Shown piece after piece: positions 1 through 12,839 of a DNA stretch of 64,000 nt. This DNA comes from the human T2T-CHM13v2.0 reference genome, Homo sapiens. The DNA lies in the NCBI RefSeq assembly GCF_009914755.1, contig NC_060933.1; one strand, 5' to 3'. The first letter of the stretch is position 1. Each line of letters begins with the position of its first letter. The notes beneath the pieces are model-generated. The model saw nothing but the letters and a program-made list of their open reading frames with translations, was not told the DNA's origin and did no database searches. The translations under genes and the position numbers were made by a program.

Positions 1-2084
1 ATTCAGCCCAGCACTCGTTTTCAATTAAAACTTTCTTGTCGCAAGAGAAAAGTTTGGCATATCCTTTTCAACGACAGTTATGGAAGTGAGTGGAAAGGGT
101 AGTGTAGTGTAGAGTATAGATGGTCCAGGAACAGCTAAGTACGTATCAGCCTTTTTCATCTACTAATTGCAGTACCTATGGTTCAACAAAAGTTTTACCT
201 AATGACTCATGTTGCTGAAAGTCCTTCCTCTCAATACCACTGCTTTTCCAGGAATGCTACTCACACACAGCATATAAGGCAGTAAAGGGGACATGATGCA
301 TCAATAACTGAGTACCTGCTATGTGCCAGCTACTATGAGTAAGAAGGTGGAGGGTTCTTACCTGTGCTATTTCATGAAATTCCTACCAAGGTGTATGATA
401 TAAATAAGATTCTTTTCATTTTTTTTATTTTTATAGAAAAAAACGAAGTTTTAACGAACTTCTGTACAGTCATACATCTTTTAAGTAGTGGAGTTGGAAT
501 ATGAATGTGCATCCATGTCGTTAGTCCAGTTGCTATAATTTTAAAGTGGAGAATTATGGGTAACATCAACACAGTGACATCATCATACTTTTCTTTTTAA
601 ATGTTATGGCACATTCAACAGCACATTTTCTTATCGTGGAGTTCCTGAAAAAGACTTAGTCCATAGTCTAATTTTGCTCTTAAAACCAGTTCAGGACAAT
701 TCAGCAAAACAAATTTCAAATACAAATCTATCACACATCTTAGAATCTGTTTTTGAGAACTTTATTTGGGTGCCTGTTCTTAGACTAAGGCATAGTTCAA
801 TAGAATTCCCAGTGAATTTACTGTAAAGATATGGCTAAGGGTGTTGTTTAGATATCACCTAATAGCTTTATGAAGCCCTAAGACAGATGTTTCTCACAAA
901 CCTCACTGTTAAAAATAATTCTGCAGCTTAAAAGTAACTGATATTAAAAACTTTGTATCTCACAGATACCACCCATTATATAACTAAGCTTTTACCCTTT
1001 GTGTTCAGTCACTAATAATCTCAGGGCCAAATTCATTTACATTTTAATGAGCTTATTAATTTTTTTCATATTTAAATTTATACTTAGATTGGTTTTAATA
1101 TTTTTCTTTCTCTGTACCTTTGTATCCTTATCCTCATTCGTTCTATGTTACTATGCATATTTTTACAATCTCCCCTACTACTTTTGGGAGTGGGATAAAC
1201 TATTAGTAACAAACTAAACAGAATCTGGACTGGAGTCAGACAAAGGGTGTAGGCCAGACTTCTTGGTACACTTTCTATACCACTAGATCAAATCAGAGCA
1301 TCTTTCAAAGTATTTCCTCATATTTCGCAGTGGTGTTTCAAATCACTAAACTGAAACATTGTGTTTTTCTTTAGATTGCTAGCAGTGAAAGAATAGACTT
1401 TCTTACTTCAGGGGATAAAAACCCTCACTACTGTTGATAAAAAATAATTTTAGTCACACACACAAGCACAGCACCAGTTAAAATTTTCAAAGGAGTATTT
1501 CCCTTTAGGGATAAAAACAAGTTTCTGGCAATTTGTCTCCGAGACAACCATTAAGCATAAAAAGTGTTTTACATATATATGTATATATTTAGTAGAGCTT
1601 ATGTTCCTCCCTTAGAACACATTTTTCTTCAAAAAGTATTTTAGTGGATTGGCTCTACATCAAATCTCTGTCGTCTTTAAAATGGCATGAGTCAGTCTGC
1701 CATCCTTTGATTGATCAAAACTTGGACCAAAGAAGGGCAGCCATATGGCACCCAACTCAGTAATGCTATGCTGCATACTGCAGAATCTGGAATCAGCAAA
1801 TGCCAAGAAGCAGAATGCATAGTGATGTATGAATTAATGCAGGCAGACAGGAATAAAAATATTGATGCATTTTTAAATCGATATTGATACATATACGTCA
1901 ATGAATAGTTACCAAATTATTTTTACTTCCCAACAAATGCTCTAATGAAAGACTATGAAAAAGGCTTTGGTTCAAAAAAGGAGTCAAGTAGAACTGAACC
2001 TACATTCAAATTCATACTTTTGTTTTGGTTTAATTTTTTCTTTTGGAATATAATAACACTGGCATAAGAGATATCATATGGATA

Positions 2085-2570
2085 TGTAATTCAATCATTT
2101 AGTAAATTATTTTCTGAGTACTTCCTAGTGCCAGACACTTTTCTAGGCTCTGATGATAGAGCAGTAAGTAAGACAGCCATGTTCCTGTTATGGAGCTTAG
2201 GTTCAAGTATGCCAGACAAAAATTAAAAAAGAGAGTTCTGCACAAGATAATTTCACATAAGTACTATGAAGAAAACAGTACAGGGTGATGTAATAAAATA
2301 ATAGCAATGGGTAAAGAAGGAGTTACTTAAAACAGGGTGCTCACTGGGGACATATTTTTTGAGACCTAAATGAAAAGGAGTCAATTATAAGATATGCAGA
2401 TGGGATGCACACTGAAGAATCAGTGGCAGGTACCTAGGCCCTTAAGTGGGAATAAACTTAGAATGTTGAATCAGTAGGAAAGCTTCTGTCACTTGAGCAT
2501 AGGGAATGAAAGGGGGTAGGTGGGAGTTGAAAAAAGGAAAGACATCGTGATAATATGGGAGGCTTCTGTT
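2085..2570 (-). mobile_element. L2 LINE 3' fragment
   Basis: Starts with antisense L2 3'-end pattern (ttcaatcatttagtaaattattttctgagtacttcctagtgccagacac...ctaggctctg); heavily diverged, boundaries approximate. Confidence 0.7.
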
Positions 2571-3419
2571 GAAAATGACTTTTGTCTCTTGGACAAGCAA
2601 GACTTAACTTACCTGGACCTTACATTTCTCATAAGTCATGAGCTGATCTTTGGGGGTCCAACTCTAAAATATTCTGATAAAATAATTCTTCTTAGAGTCC
2701 TAGTTAGGCTTTGATTATTCCTTCACATTAACTATGTGTGGCCTTTAGAAACACGCTGTCTTTAACTAAAAGTGTTCATCCAGTTAACTGTATTAGCAAT
2801 GTACTGCATTTTAAAAGTGATGGATAAAATATACAAGTAAAATAAGTTCTCCCAAAGTGCTCACTGCCATTAACTGGGAGTGTTGTCCATTTGTGGAAAC
2901 TGCATTAAACTCTTTTAGGATGTTAGAATGCTACTCACTAAATTGCTGCTTTGGTTCAGCATATAGGAAAAGCATTTCCAGTTAGCTAAACTCTAAGCAC
3001 ATAAAGGTGAATATATAAAAGCAATAAACATTTAGGAATCCATTTTTTAAATCAATGGTTTTCAGCCCTTTTCCAAATGTGATACCATTCTCACATCCAT
3101 TTCCATTAGTAATATTCCTTAATGGGGGAATAGAAATTACCCTACACGGATATTTGAATAATTTTATCCCATTTTGAGATGAAATTCTTCCTAGGGAAGT
3201 ATACTCCCCCTTTCACTCTTCCCCTAGAGTTATTCTTTTAAAGTTATTAATTATACAAAGAAATCCACTAAGTTACTAAATGCCTTCTTACCTACTACTG
3301 CATATGTAGCTTTGCATTCATAACTTTGGCATCTTAGTACTCCATCACTTGGCTAATATCTGCCACCCAGGGCTTTGCAATATGCTGGTGTGACAGGATC
3401 AGATGAGATATGTTACTCA

Positions 3420-3810
3420 CACAGTCATTCATTTAACACATTTTACTACGTAAACACTGAGTATAGGGTACTATTCTTTGTGCTAGGGATAGAACTGAGG
3501 TAAAGAGACATGATTTCTACCTCCTGGAGATCATGGTGTAGTATGTGTGTGTATGCCAGATATAAGGTGAGATGGTTACAGACAGCAGCCATCTTTACAG
3601 ACAGATTACAGTGATGTACAATGTACAGTAATGAAGTCTATGATGGAGAAAGCACTGAGTGAAATAGGAGTACCAAAAATGCTACCTAGCACAGGTTGAA
3701 ACAGCCAGAGACTATCCAGAACAAGGGACATTTACACAGAAGTTGAGAAAAGAAGTGGCAATAACACATATAAAGTGGGACTTGAAAGAGGAGACTTCCA
3801 GATGGATTAT
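3420..3810 (-). mobile_element. L2 LINE 3' fragment
   Basis: gtcattcatttaacacatttt...gtgctagggatagaac...ctcctggagatcatgg resembles antisense L2 3' end. Confidence 0.6.
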
Positions 3811-4310
3811 TTTTTAAAATCCTGTGGTAAAAAATATGTTTTATTAGTTTATTAATATTAGGTTATATTACTGCATTTGTCGATTTGGTGACAGGAAGTT
3901 GAGATAAAATCTCCTCTTTTGGTTTCTACTTCCTCTGTGCCACCAGTAAATGAAATCATCTACTTAAAGGGAAAAGTTATGGGCCCTGAAGTATTAAGTA
4001 TAGGTGAGAAAGTATGAAATATAAGTAGTGACATTGGTTCCACTTACCGCTGGGATGCAAAACGTTGCCATAAATTTTTGTTCCTATCCTAATACTAAGA
4101 ACAATAGATAAGCTAAAAGACTGTAGATTTCTTTTTTATTTTTAACTTATCAGATAGCTGAAGATATTAAAAAAACAACTAAAAAGGACTAAATAGAAAA
4201 CAAATACCTCGTTCTAGGAGCAACTATATCTGTAGTTACTTTCATACCTTGCTGAGTGACAGGAAGAGGAGAAATACACGGTAGACCTCAAGAAATAACG
4301 AAAAAATTAC

Positions 4311-4735
4311 TATGGTGGCTCACTATGAACCAACTTTCCTAGGCTAGGAAGTTCCTTGAACTTTGGTCCAGGCAAAGTTAGAAGTGTTATATAAGTGGAG
4401 CCTTGAAAAGCACTTTTAAATTAGGGCTTATCTTTTTGGAACACTCCCTACAGGACTTCAGTTGCCATGATATAAGGAAATTGAGGTTATACTACTAGAC
4501 TGAGAGGTCATATGGAGGCGCTCTGGAAGATGAAACACCATGTGAATATAGCAGTCACATGGAGAAGAATATGAAGGCCCCAGAAATAGGAGAGACGCCA
4601 TCTTGGAACTTCCAGCCCAACCCAGCTACAACCATGTGAGAAACCTCAACAAATATCATGTAGAGCAGAAATGCCTGAACAACCAGAATCTGAGGAATGC
4701 AAATGTTTAAGCCACTGGTTTCATAGATATCTGAT
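4311..4735 (+). mobile_element. MLT1-family MaLR LTR (old subfamily), flanked by old L1M 5'-end fragments (about 4035-4310 and 4750-4950)
   Basis: gccatcttggaacttccagccca...atgtttaagccactggtttc typical of MLT1 3' half. Confidence 0.6.
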
Positions 4736-5109
4736 CTGGTATATCAGTTTAACCTTTAACAACGTTTTAATTATACATATGACATGCATGATGAATTAGA
4801 ATCACAAGGAGGCTTAGCTATAGAACAAGCATGAATCCAGCCACAAACATTTCCCCAAAGGCATTTACCAAGTGCATAAAGTGGTATGCTGATGGCTAGG
4901 ACAGAATAGAAGAGCTAAGAATGTTTCCACTGAGGCACGCAGAGAATATTTCCAGAGTAAGTCAGTGGTCTGGCTGAAGAGTGGCAGCAGGGCAGGAATG
5001 GTGAGGTAATAACTATGGTGTATTTTGGACTTTCACTGAGTAACTATTGAATGTTGGGTGGGGAAGAGAGGTATCTAAAAGAAGAAAAGTCTAAGATAAT
5101 GACTCAAGA

Positions 5110-6680
5110 TTCTAGAGAAAGAAGTTAGCAGAATAAGAGTAAAGTAAACCCAGAATAAGGCAATATTCAAGATAAGAGGAGAGGTCAACAAAATAGAAAA
5201 GAGACAACACAGTAGAGAAAACTAAAGTGAAAAATTGGTTCTTTGAAAAGATCAAGAAAAATGACAAACCCTGAGTTACTCTAATCAAGAAAAAGGAGAT
5301 ACTTACAGAAAAAAACGAAAAAAGAGAAGAACACAATCTACTGCTATCAGGGAAGAAAGATTATCGCAACAAACCCTGGAGACAGTATAAGAACAATTAG
5401 AGAATATCTTGAGCAACTTTATGCCAATAAATTGGGTAATTTAGGTGACAAACAGGTATCTTAAAAAATAAACATTGATTCCTGTCTCACTTAATGCCAA
5501 AAAAGATCATGGACCTGTACGAAAAATTAAGAATATATAGGAGAATATCTTCAAGCTTTGAAGGAGTCCAATATTTCTTATACAGGACACAAAAGCTCTT
5601 ACCTTTAAATAAAAAACACTAACAATAAAAAAGTTATATTGAATTTCATCAAAATTAACAATGCCAAATCATCAAAAGATATCATTAAAAAGATGAATAA
5701 GCAAGTCAAGCTACAGACTGGAAAAAAATATCAGCAGTATTTATATCTAACATAGGTCTTATATACAAAATATATAAAGAACTTGACAAATCAATAATAT
5801 AAACACAAATGACCCAATTAAATCTGAGAGAAAAAGAATAGGCACATCCTAAAAGAGATATATGAATGGTCACCAATCAAGTGAAAACGGTACTCAACAT
5901 CATTAGTCATTACAGAGATGCAAATTAAACCACAATGAGATGACATTTCAGTTTACTAAAATGCTTAAAATCAACAATACAATTCCTAGTGTTAACAACC
6001 ATGAGGAGCAACTGGAACTCTTACAAAATTCTAAGGGTTTTGTGCTGCAGGAGCATGAAATTTAATAATTATTTTAGAGAACTGCTTGCCACTTCGTTAT
6101 AAAGCTAAACATAACCCTACTCAGCGTTTTCTAGCAATTCCAGTAATTCTCTAACAGATATTTACCTGAGATACATGAAAACGTATGTCCACAAAAATCT
6201 TGTGTGAGAATAATCATACCAATTGAAAACAATGCAAGTGCTCATATACATGGAAATAAACAAATTGTGGTATATTCATACAACGAAATACCGCTTAGCC
6301 ATAAAAAGGAATGGGACTACTAATAAAACAACATTAATGAGACTCAAAAACATTTTGTTGAGCAAAATAAAACATACATGAAAGAATGCATATTTTAAGA
6401 TTCCATTTACATGAATTTTAAGAATAGACATAACAAATTATGGGGATGCTATTCAGAAAATGTTGCCACTGGTGGATGTTAGAGTTGTAGAATTGATTAG
6501 AAATTTGCACAAGGCTACTTTCCAGAGGGATGCAAATGTTCTATAATTTGCTTCATTTGTAATTCCAAAGGTATAAGGTATAAACAATTGCTAAATTCTC
6601 TGGGCTTCACATTATATCAATATCATGTATCACTTAATATAATTGTTTTTATTTTATGTAAATTATATCATAATAAAGAT
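5110..6680 (+). mobile_element. Old L1M (L1MC/ME-like) ORF2 fragments and 3' end
   Basis: ttggttctttgaaaagatcaag, ttttatgccaataaatt, gcaaattaaaccacaatgagat, ggtatattcatacaacgaaatac, 3' end gtaaattatatcataataaag; many stops. Confidence 0.85.
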
Positions 6681-8159
6681 TAGGTAAATTTCAAAATTTT
6701 AATTGACTTAAGATTTACTAAGTTTTCCAAGGTAGGGTAGATTTAATGATAGATTTTTTGGTGATGGATAATGCAGGTACAAATAACTTGCTGAGAATTA
6801 TGCAAATCTCAGAGCCCATTTTATGTCACAGATAAGCCTAGGATCAAGGCCATCAACCTTGATTGTTACTGAAAACAAACAACAAAAACAAAAACAAATC
6901 AAAGAACAAATGAATTTTCGTTCTAGGCTACTTCTTTATAATCTAGTCTATACTATAGTGTTGCACACTTGATTTTTCTAAAAGGTTATTAAAACATGAA
7001 AATAACTGCTTTTGGGAAATCAAAACAATACGTGCTTAACTATTGTTAAAACAATTTGTGTTTATTAAACGTATATTAGAAGCTACCATTTTCCAGAACT
7101 TTTAATACAAATTTTGCTTTGAGTCCAAATTTTATCAGGTAACTGTCAGATTAGAATCCCTCCACCTTCAATTTTGTAAGCTATTCCAAATTTCATAAAA
7201 CCTGACTTAATCTCTTCTCTTGTAGAAAATGCATCTAAGCTATTGCCCATATCTCTGTGATACACTTCAAAATAACCTTGGTTTGAATTAAACTTAAGGA
7301 TAAATGGTGAGCATTAGGAAGCCTGTTTAATACCAAACTATTTTCTATAAAACAGTACTTTTATTTATATCCGTGGATTTTACCATTTCTCCCTAAAAAT
7401 TGTACTATAAGAACCAAATGTGAAAAGCAAGTATTAACCATTTGTAATATTAATTTCTGCGACATTTTAATTAATTGAATTAAAAGCTTATTTTTAGGTT
7501 TCCTTATCAGAAAATATCATTTAATCAATGAAGGTTCCCAAAATAATTACTTTGTATAAATATTTTAAGTCCGACTTCATTTTGATTTTTTAGGTACATA
7601 TGACACACATTTCTTAACCTTTTTAAGGTTTAGATTTAATTAAGATATATTTATTTCAAAATAATCTCACTTGAGGGCCTATATACTTAATGCAATGATG
7701 CTAAAAGCAGTTTGAGAACATCTCTCGACTGTGTCTTCAAATGTATTCTGAACCACAAAGAACATCAGTCACCTGACCTTATAAAAACATTTTAACCAAA
7801 AATATTTTAATATCTACATGCACTTTTTGCTTTCATACAAATTAAAGTCATACAGCCATTTTTCTAGGCTCACAAAATTTTCCTTGGATCATAAAAAGAT
7901 AGATATTTTGAGAAAACACTAATAGGTCTAAGCTTTATGTATTTTATTATAATAATTTTATTTTATACTTTTGTTTTAGATTTGGTATTCTGCTTTAGAA
8001 TTTTATTATAGTTCAACTATAATAGTGAATTAAAAAGTAGGAAATCTGAGCAAATTCTAGCCGATAGCCCACAATTTCTAGTTGGGATGGGTTTCTGACT
8101 ATACCTGAATATGTGTGGAGGTTTAAGCTAATCTAAATCTCATCTTGTTGTTCTTGATT

Positions 8160-9545
8160 ATTTTTATTTTTTAGAGGAGTTTTACATTCACAGCAAAATT
8201 GAGAGGAAAGTATAGAGATTTCAAATATACTTCTTGTCCCACATATGGATAAGGTTGCCCCCATTACCAACATCCCCCACCAAAATAGTACACTTGTTAA
8301 AATTGCTGAACCTATGTTAACATCATTAACACCCAGATTCCTTTGTTTACCTTAGGGTTCACTCTATGCATGAGTTCAAACTCATTCTATGGGTTTAGAC
8401 AAATGTATAACGACACACACTTGCCACTGTAGCATCATACAACATAGTTCCACTGTGCTAAAAATCCTCTGTGCTGTGCCTATTCATCCCTCCCTTTCTC
8501 TAACCCCTGACAACTACTGATATTTTTAATGTCTCCACAGTTTCGTCTTTTCTAGAATGTCATATAGTTTGAATCATACAATATGTAGCCTTTTCAGATT
8601 GGCTCTTTTCACATAGTAATATGCATTTAAGATTCCTCCATGTTTTTAAAATTCTATTGTTTAGATGTGCCACACTTTATCCATTCACCTATTAAAGAAC
8701 ATCTTAATTTCTTTCAAATGTGAACAATTATGAATAAAGCTATTTTAAATATCTGTGTACAGAGTTTTTGCATGGACCAAAATTTTTAACTCTTTTAGGT
8801 AACTACTCTTGGTCTATTCCTGATTTCTTTATTCTGTTACACTGATCTGTACATCTGTTCTTTCATCAGTATCACACTGTCTTGATTACTGTAGGTGTAT
8901 TGTATATCTTGAAGTTCGCTGATGTCAGTCCTCCAACTTTGTTCATTATTGGCTATTCTGGGTCTTTTACTGTTCATATAAACTTTAGAATTAGTTTATT
9001 GATATCTACAAAATAACTTGCTGAGATTTTGACTGAGATTGCATTGAGTCTATAGACGAATTTTAGAAAAAACAACTTGAATATATTGAGTCTTCCTATT
9101 TATAAGTATGGAATATCTTCCCACTTTTTAATTTTTTTTATTCTATCAGGGTTTTTCAGTTTCTCACATAGATCTTGTCCATATTTTGTTAGACTTACAC
9201 CTAAGTACTTCATTCTTTTGGTAGCCAATATACATGGTATTGTGTTTTTAATCTCAATTTCCACTTGTTTATTTCTGGTATATAGAAATATATAGCAGTT
9301 TTTTTCACTAAATATATAGTTTCAGTGAAATTTTGTTTTGTTTTGAGTTTTGTGCATTAATCTTAGATCCTGAAGCTCTGCTATAATCCATTATTAGTTC
9401 CAAAAGTTGTTGTGGAATTTTTGGAATTTTTACATAGAAGATCATGTCATCTGAGAAAAAAAAATAGTGTGTTGCTTTCTTCTCAATCTATATACCTTTT
9501 ATTTCCTTTTCTTGTCTTATTGCATAAGCTAGAACTTATGCAATT
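8160..9545 (-). mobile_element. L1MC/MD-type LINE 3' end and ORF2 fragment
   Basis: ttttagaggagttttacattcacagcaaaattgagaggaaagtatagagattt = antisense L1MC/MD 3' terminus; antisense ORF2 motifs (tcttgattactgtag, ttggctattctgggtc). Confidence 0.85.
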
Positions 9546-10088
9546 TTTATAGCAAAATTAAATACCAGATGTTTCTTTTCTGCACATTCTCATGTATTTC
9601 TATTTTATCTTCTTTATTCATGTTCAGTTTTTCTAATTAATGCCATTATTTGCCCTCCTTAGGTGATTTTGCATAGAATCTTTGTTCTTTTCTATGTATT
9701 TATCTTAATTTTCAGTTTTGTTTACCTCTCTAGTAGTGACCATATTCCACCGACAATTACTACTACCTTTATGCTATATAAATTATCCCTTTTATATGTA
9801 AAATTCTGGCAGTAATGCACAAATTTAAAAGTGTTCCTCTTATACCAGTAGATTCTGTGTTTATAGTAATAATAATTACTAACTTATTGAATGTTTATAA
9901 TATGTTCCACTAAGTACTAAATATTGTGCTGTGCTTTATATGCATTATGTTATTTAATCTATAATGAAAAATTTTAAATCTTGAGAGTCATATAATTTAT
10001 GATCTTAATATAGTGGAGTAATTACCAAACAGTGTTCCTCACTAAAAGAGCATTAAAACCACCAGGTAAATAATGGAACCCTATTACA

Positions 10089-10570
10089 TGGGTAGTGAGT
10101 TAAAGACTTGTGTTAAAGTTCTCCAAATCAAAATGGAGTCACTAATGTTAAAAAAAAAAATAAAAATAAAAAGACAAAAAATAAAAAATAAAACCTAATA
10201 GAGCAGGGGAAGACTATGAAGAGAGGGTTCTCATGCTTGTATGCTTGGTAACAACAGCTATCACAAAGACTCTACAAAAACCATAAAATTGCACAAATGC
10301 CATACCAAACTTACACAAAAATACTTCTACAAGGAAACCCTGTCTAAATTGGACTGATGTCACTCTTGCTATCGATTTTGTAGCCAATAACAATTATTTC
10401 AGAAAAAGTACGCAGTCATCCTCATCATTCCTTACAAACCTTTGTGTTCCTTTACCTCCCTGAATGTGCAGAGCTTACTACAGTGTGCATATTCCATTTG
10501 AAATGCTCTACTTCCAAATAAACATCTTTTTCTTTTGGAAATCCTCTCTCCCTTTTTATTTAGGTTGCCA
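10089..10570 (+). mobile_element. Solo ERV1 LTR of the MER4 group (MER31/MER67-like)
   Basis: TG...CA termini, caaaatggagtcac motif, AATAAA near 10517, ends ttatttaggttgcca; near-TSD taca/ttca. Confidence 0.7.
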
Positions 10571-10599
10571 TTCAAAATATAGATTCAGTGAAATTTTTG

Positions 10600-10790
10600 T
10601 TTGGTTCTCAGAGCCAGGACTTAATTAGGAATCAAGCTGCCTAGCCTGTTGAAATCTCAGAATGCTCACTTGTAAAACATCGATAATAATAGGGTCTACT
10701 TTCAACTGTTTGAGGACTAAATGCATGTAGAGTGTGTGATTCAGTGACTGACACTCATAGTAAAGGCTGAATAGGTCATAGTTGCTTTAG
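10600..10790 (+). mobile_element. MIR SINE
   Basis: ctcagaatgctcacttgtaaaa...gtttgaggactaaatg core-like sequence. Confidence 0.6.
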
Positions 10791-10974
10791 TCTTGTGATG
10801 ACATGCCATAGGATATCTGTATGACAAGGATATTTTGTACATCAGGATATTTAGCCCTTCTGACAATCCAAAAGAAAAAGTATTTGAAGGCTATTTTCCA
10901 AACTTTTCCAATTGTTTTCCCAATTTGATAAGAGCTATAAAACCAAAAATCTAAGAAAGCTCAAATAAACACAA

Positions 10975-10977
<3 letters not shown>

Positions 10978-11007
<30 letters not shown>
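10978..11007. repeat. (CA)15 microsatellite
   Basis: Pure CA run read directly. Confidence 0.95.
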
Positions 11008-11008
<1 letters not shown>

Positions 11009-11579
11009 CAGGAAAAAGTCCAAGGCATATAATAAGCAAATTGCTAAAAATGAAACATAATGAGAAAAATGTGAAAGAAGCTCAAGAAAAAAAGGCTTAT
11101 TATATCAAAGAGAACAATGATAGGAATTTTTTCTGACTTTTCTCACAAAAAATGCAAGACAAAGGACAATGAAACAAAATCTTTCAAGAGTTGAAAGTGT
11201 AAAGAAAAACACTGCTGTCCAATATTTTTTATCCAGCTAAAATGAAGTTGAAATAAAGATATTTGCTGAGCAATGTAATACAATTTGTCATCAGCAGATA
11301 TGCACTTCAAAGAATGATAAAGAAAATTCTTCAAGTTAAATGAAAATGATACTAGATAGAAAATTCATTCCAAGTGAAGGAAGAAGAAAGCTGGAAATGA
11401 TCAATAATAAAAGTGACTAATAGAAGATAAATAGCAAGAATACAGACCTAAACCCAAATTTATTCACAATTGCATTAAAGAAAAGAGACTAAAAATGTAA
11501 GCTAATCATTCAATTAAAGGGCAAAGATTGCCAGAGTGTATGACAGAGCTTGATTCAATTACTTGCTACGTATATGTGA

Positions 11580-11803
11580 CTTTTTTTCTTTTTTTTTTTT
11601 TTTTTTTTAAGACGGAGTCTCGCTTTGTCATCCAGGCTGGAGGGCAGTGACATGATCTTGGTTCACTGTAACCTCCGCTTCCTGGGTTCAAGTGATTCTC
11701 CTGCTTCAGCCTCCTGGGCTACAGGCGTCTGCCACCATGCCTGGCTAATTTTTGTATTTTTAGTAGAGATGGGGTTTCACCATGCTGGCCAGGCTGGTCT
11801 CAA
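11580..11803 (-). mobile_element. AluS, 5'-truncated, with a ~10-bp internal deletion
   Basis: polyT then gacggagtctcgct...gccaggctggtctcaaa; lacks ~80 bp of the left-arm 5' end; no clear TSD. Confidence 0.92.
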
Positions 11804-12839
11804 AGAGATACACTTTTAAAGTAAAGACACAAAAGAGTTAAAAGCAAAAGTATGATAAAAAACGATGTATTATAAGCACTGATCATAAGAAAGATGGAGT
11901 GCCGTATTAGACAAAGTTGACTTTAAGATAACGAATATTACCAGAGATAAAAGAGCATATTTTATAATGATGAAATGGTCAATTCGGCAAGTAGACATAG
12001 CAATACTAAATGTATATCCCTTAAAAGAAAACTTCAAAAATAAATGAAGCAAAGATTGACAATACGAAAGGAAGAAATAGAACATTTTTACCATTATATT
12101 CAGTTATTTTTCACTCTTGCTCTCAGTAATTGACAGGAAAATCAATTTAGTTATAAAAGATTTGACCAACCTTCTCAAACAATGTAACTGATACTTTTAG
12201 GACACTATATCAAACAACTTCAGAATATATCTCTTTTCAAGAGGAAAGCATAGGCAACTATCTTTGCAATCTTGAAGTAGGCAATATTTTTTAGATAAGA
12301 AATAGAAAGCACAAACTTATAAAAGAAAAAAAGCTTAAAACTCGGGCTTAATCATTTTTTAAAATTCACCTTATCAAAAGACATTGTAAAAAATAAGCAG
12401 CCACAGGTTAGGAGAAAATTATACATATATATGTGTATAATGTATATATTACACACACAGACACACACGACAAAGGACTTGTTTCCAGAATATATAAAGA
12501 ACTCTTATAACTAATCAAAAGACAATCCAATTTTTAAATGGGTGAAATATCTGAAAAGACATTTTAAAATGAAACCATCCAAATAGCCAATAAACTCATA
12601 GAAAAGTGTTCAACAGCATTAGTTATCAGGAAGATGCAAACTGAAACCATCATAAGATGCCGCCACATCTCTACCAAAATAGATAGTCAACAAGACTGAT
12701 CTCATTAACTGCTGGTGAAGATGTATTAAACTTAAACAGTCGCTATGGTCCAGCAATTCCATGCCTCGTTATTTACCTAAGAAAAGTAAAAACATGTCAT
12801 AAAAACACTTATACAAAATTGTCTCATACACATGCTTCA

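Larger units (their letters stand above)
10860..12810 (+). mobile_element. Old L1M fragments (ORF1/ORF2 endonuclease region, then 3' ORF2), interrupted by an Alu
   Basis: caattaaagggcaaagattgccagagtg, aagagatacactttt, gacaaaggacttgtttccagaatatataaagaactc. Confidence 0.8.

Noticed and set aside
362-382. Minus-strand 21-nt microexon candidate (EFHEIAQ, CAG|gtaaga)
   Set aside because: Lies in an L2-like remnant and has a poor polypyrimidine tract
6778-6800. aaataacttgctgaga shared with about 9011-9026
   Set aside because: Only 16 exact nt in AT-rich DNA; the second copy is ordinary L1 sequence, so chance or a tiny L1 fragment
7226-7306. Plus-strand ~81-nt exon-like segment (ttgtag...ATG|gtgagc)
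   Set aside because: Stops in all three frames and no supporting context; likely a pseudo-exon
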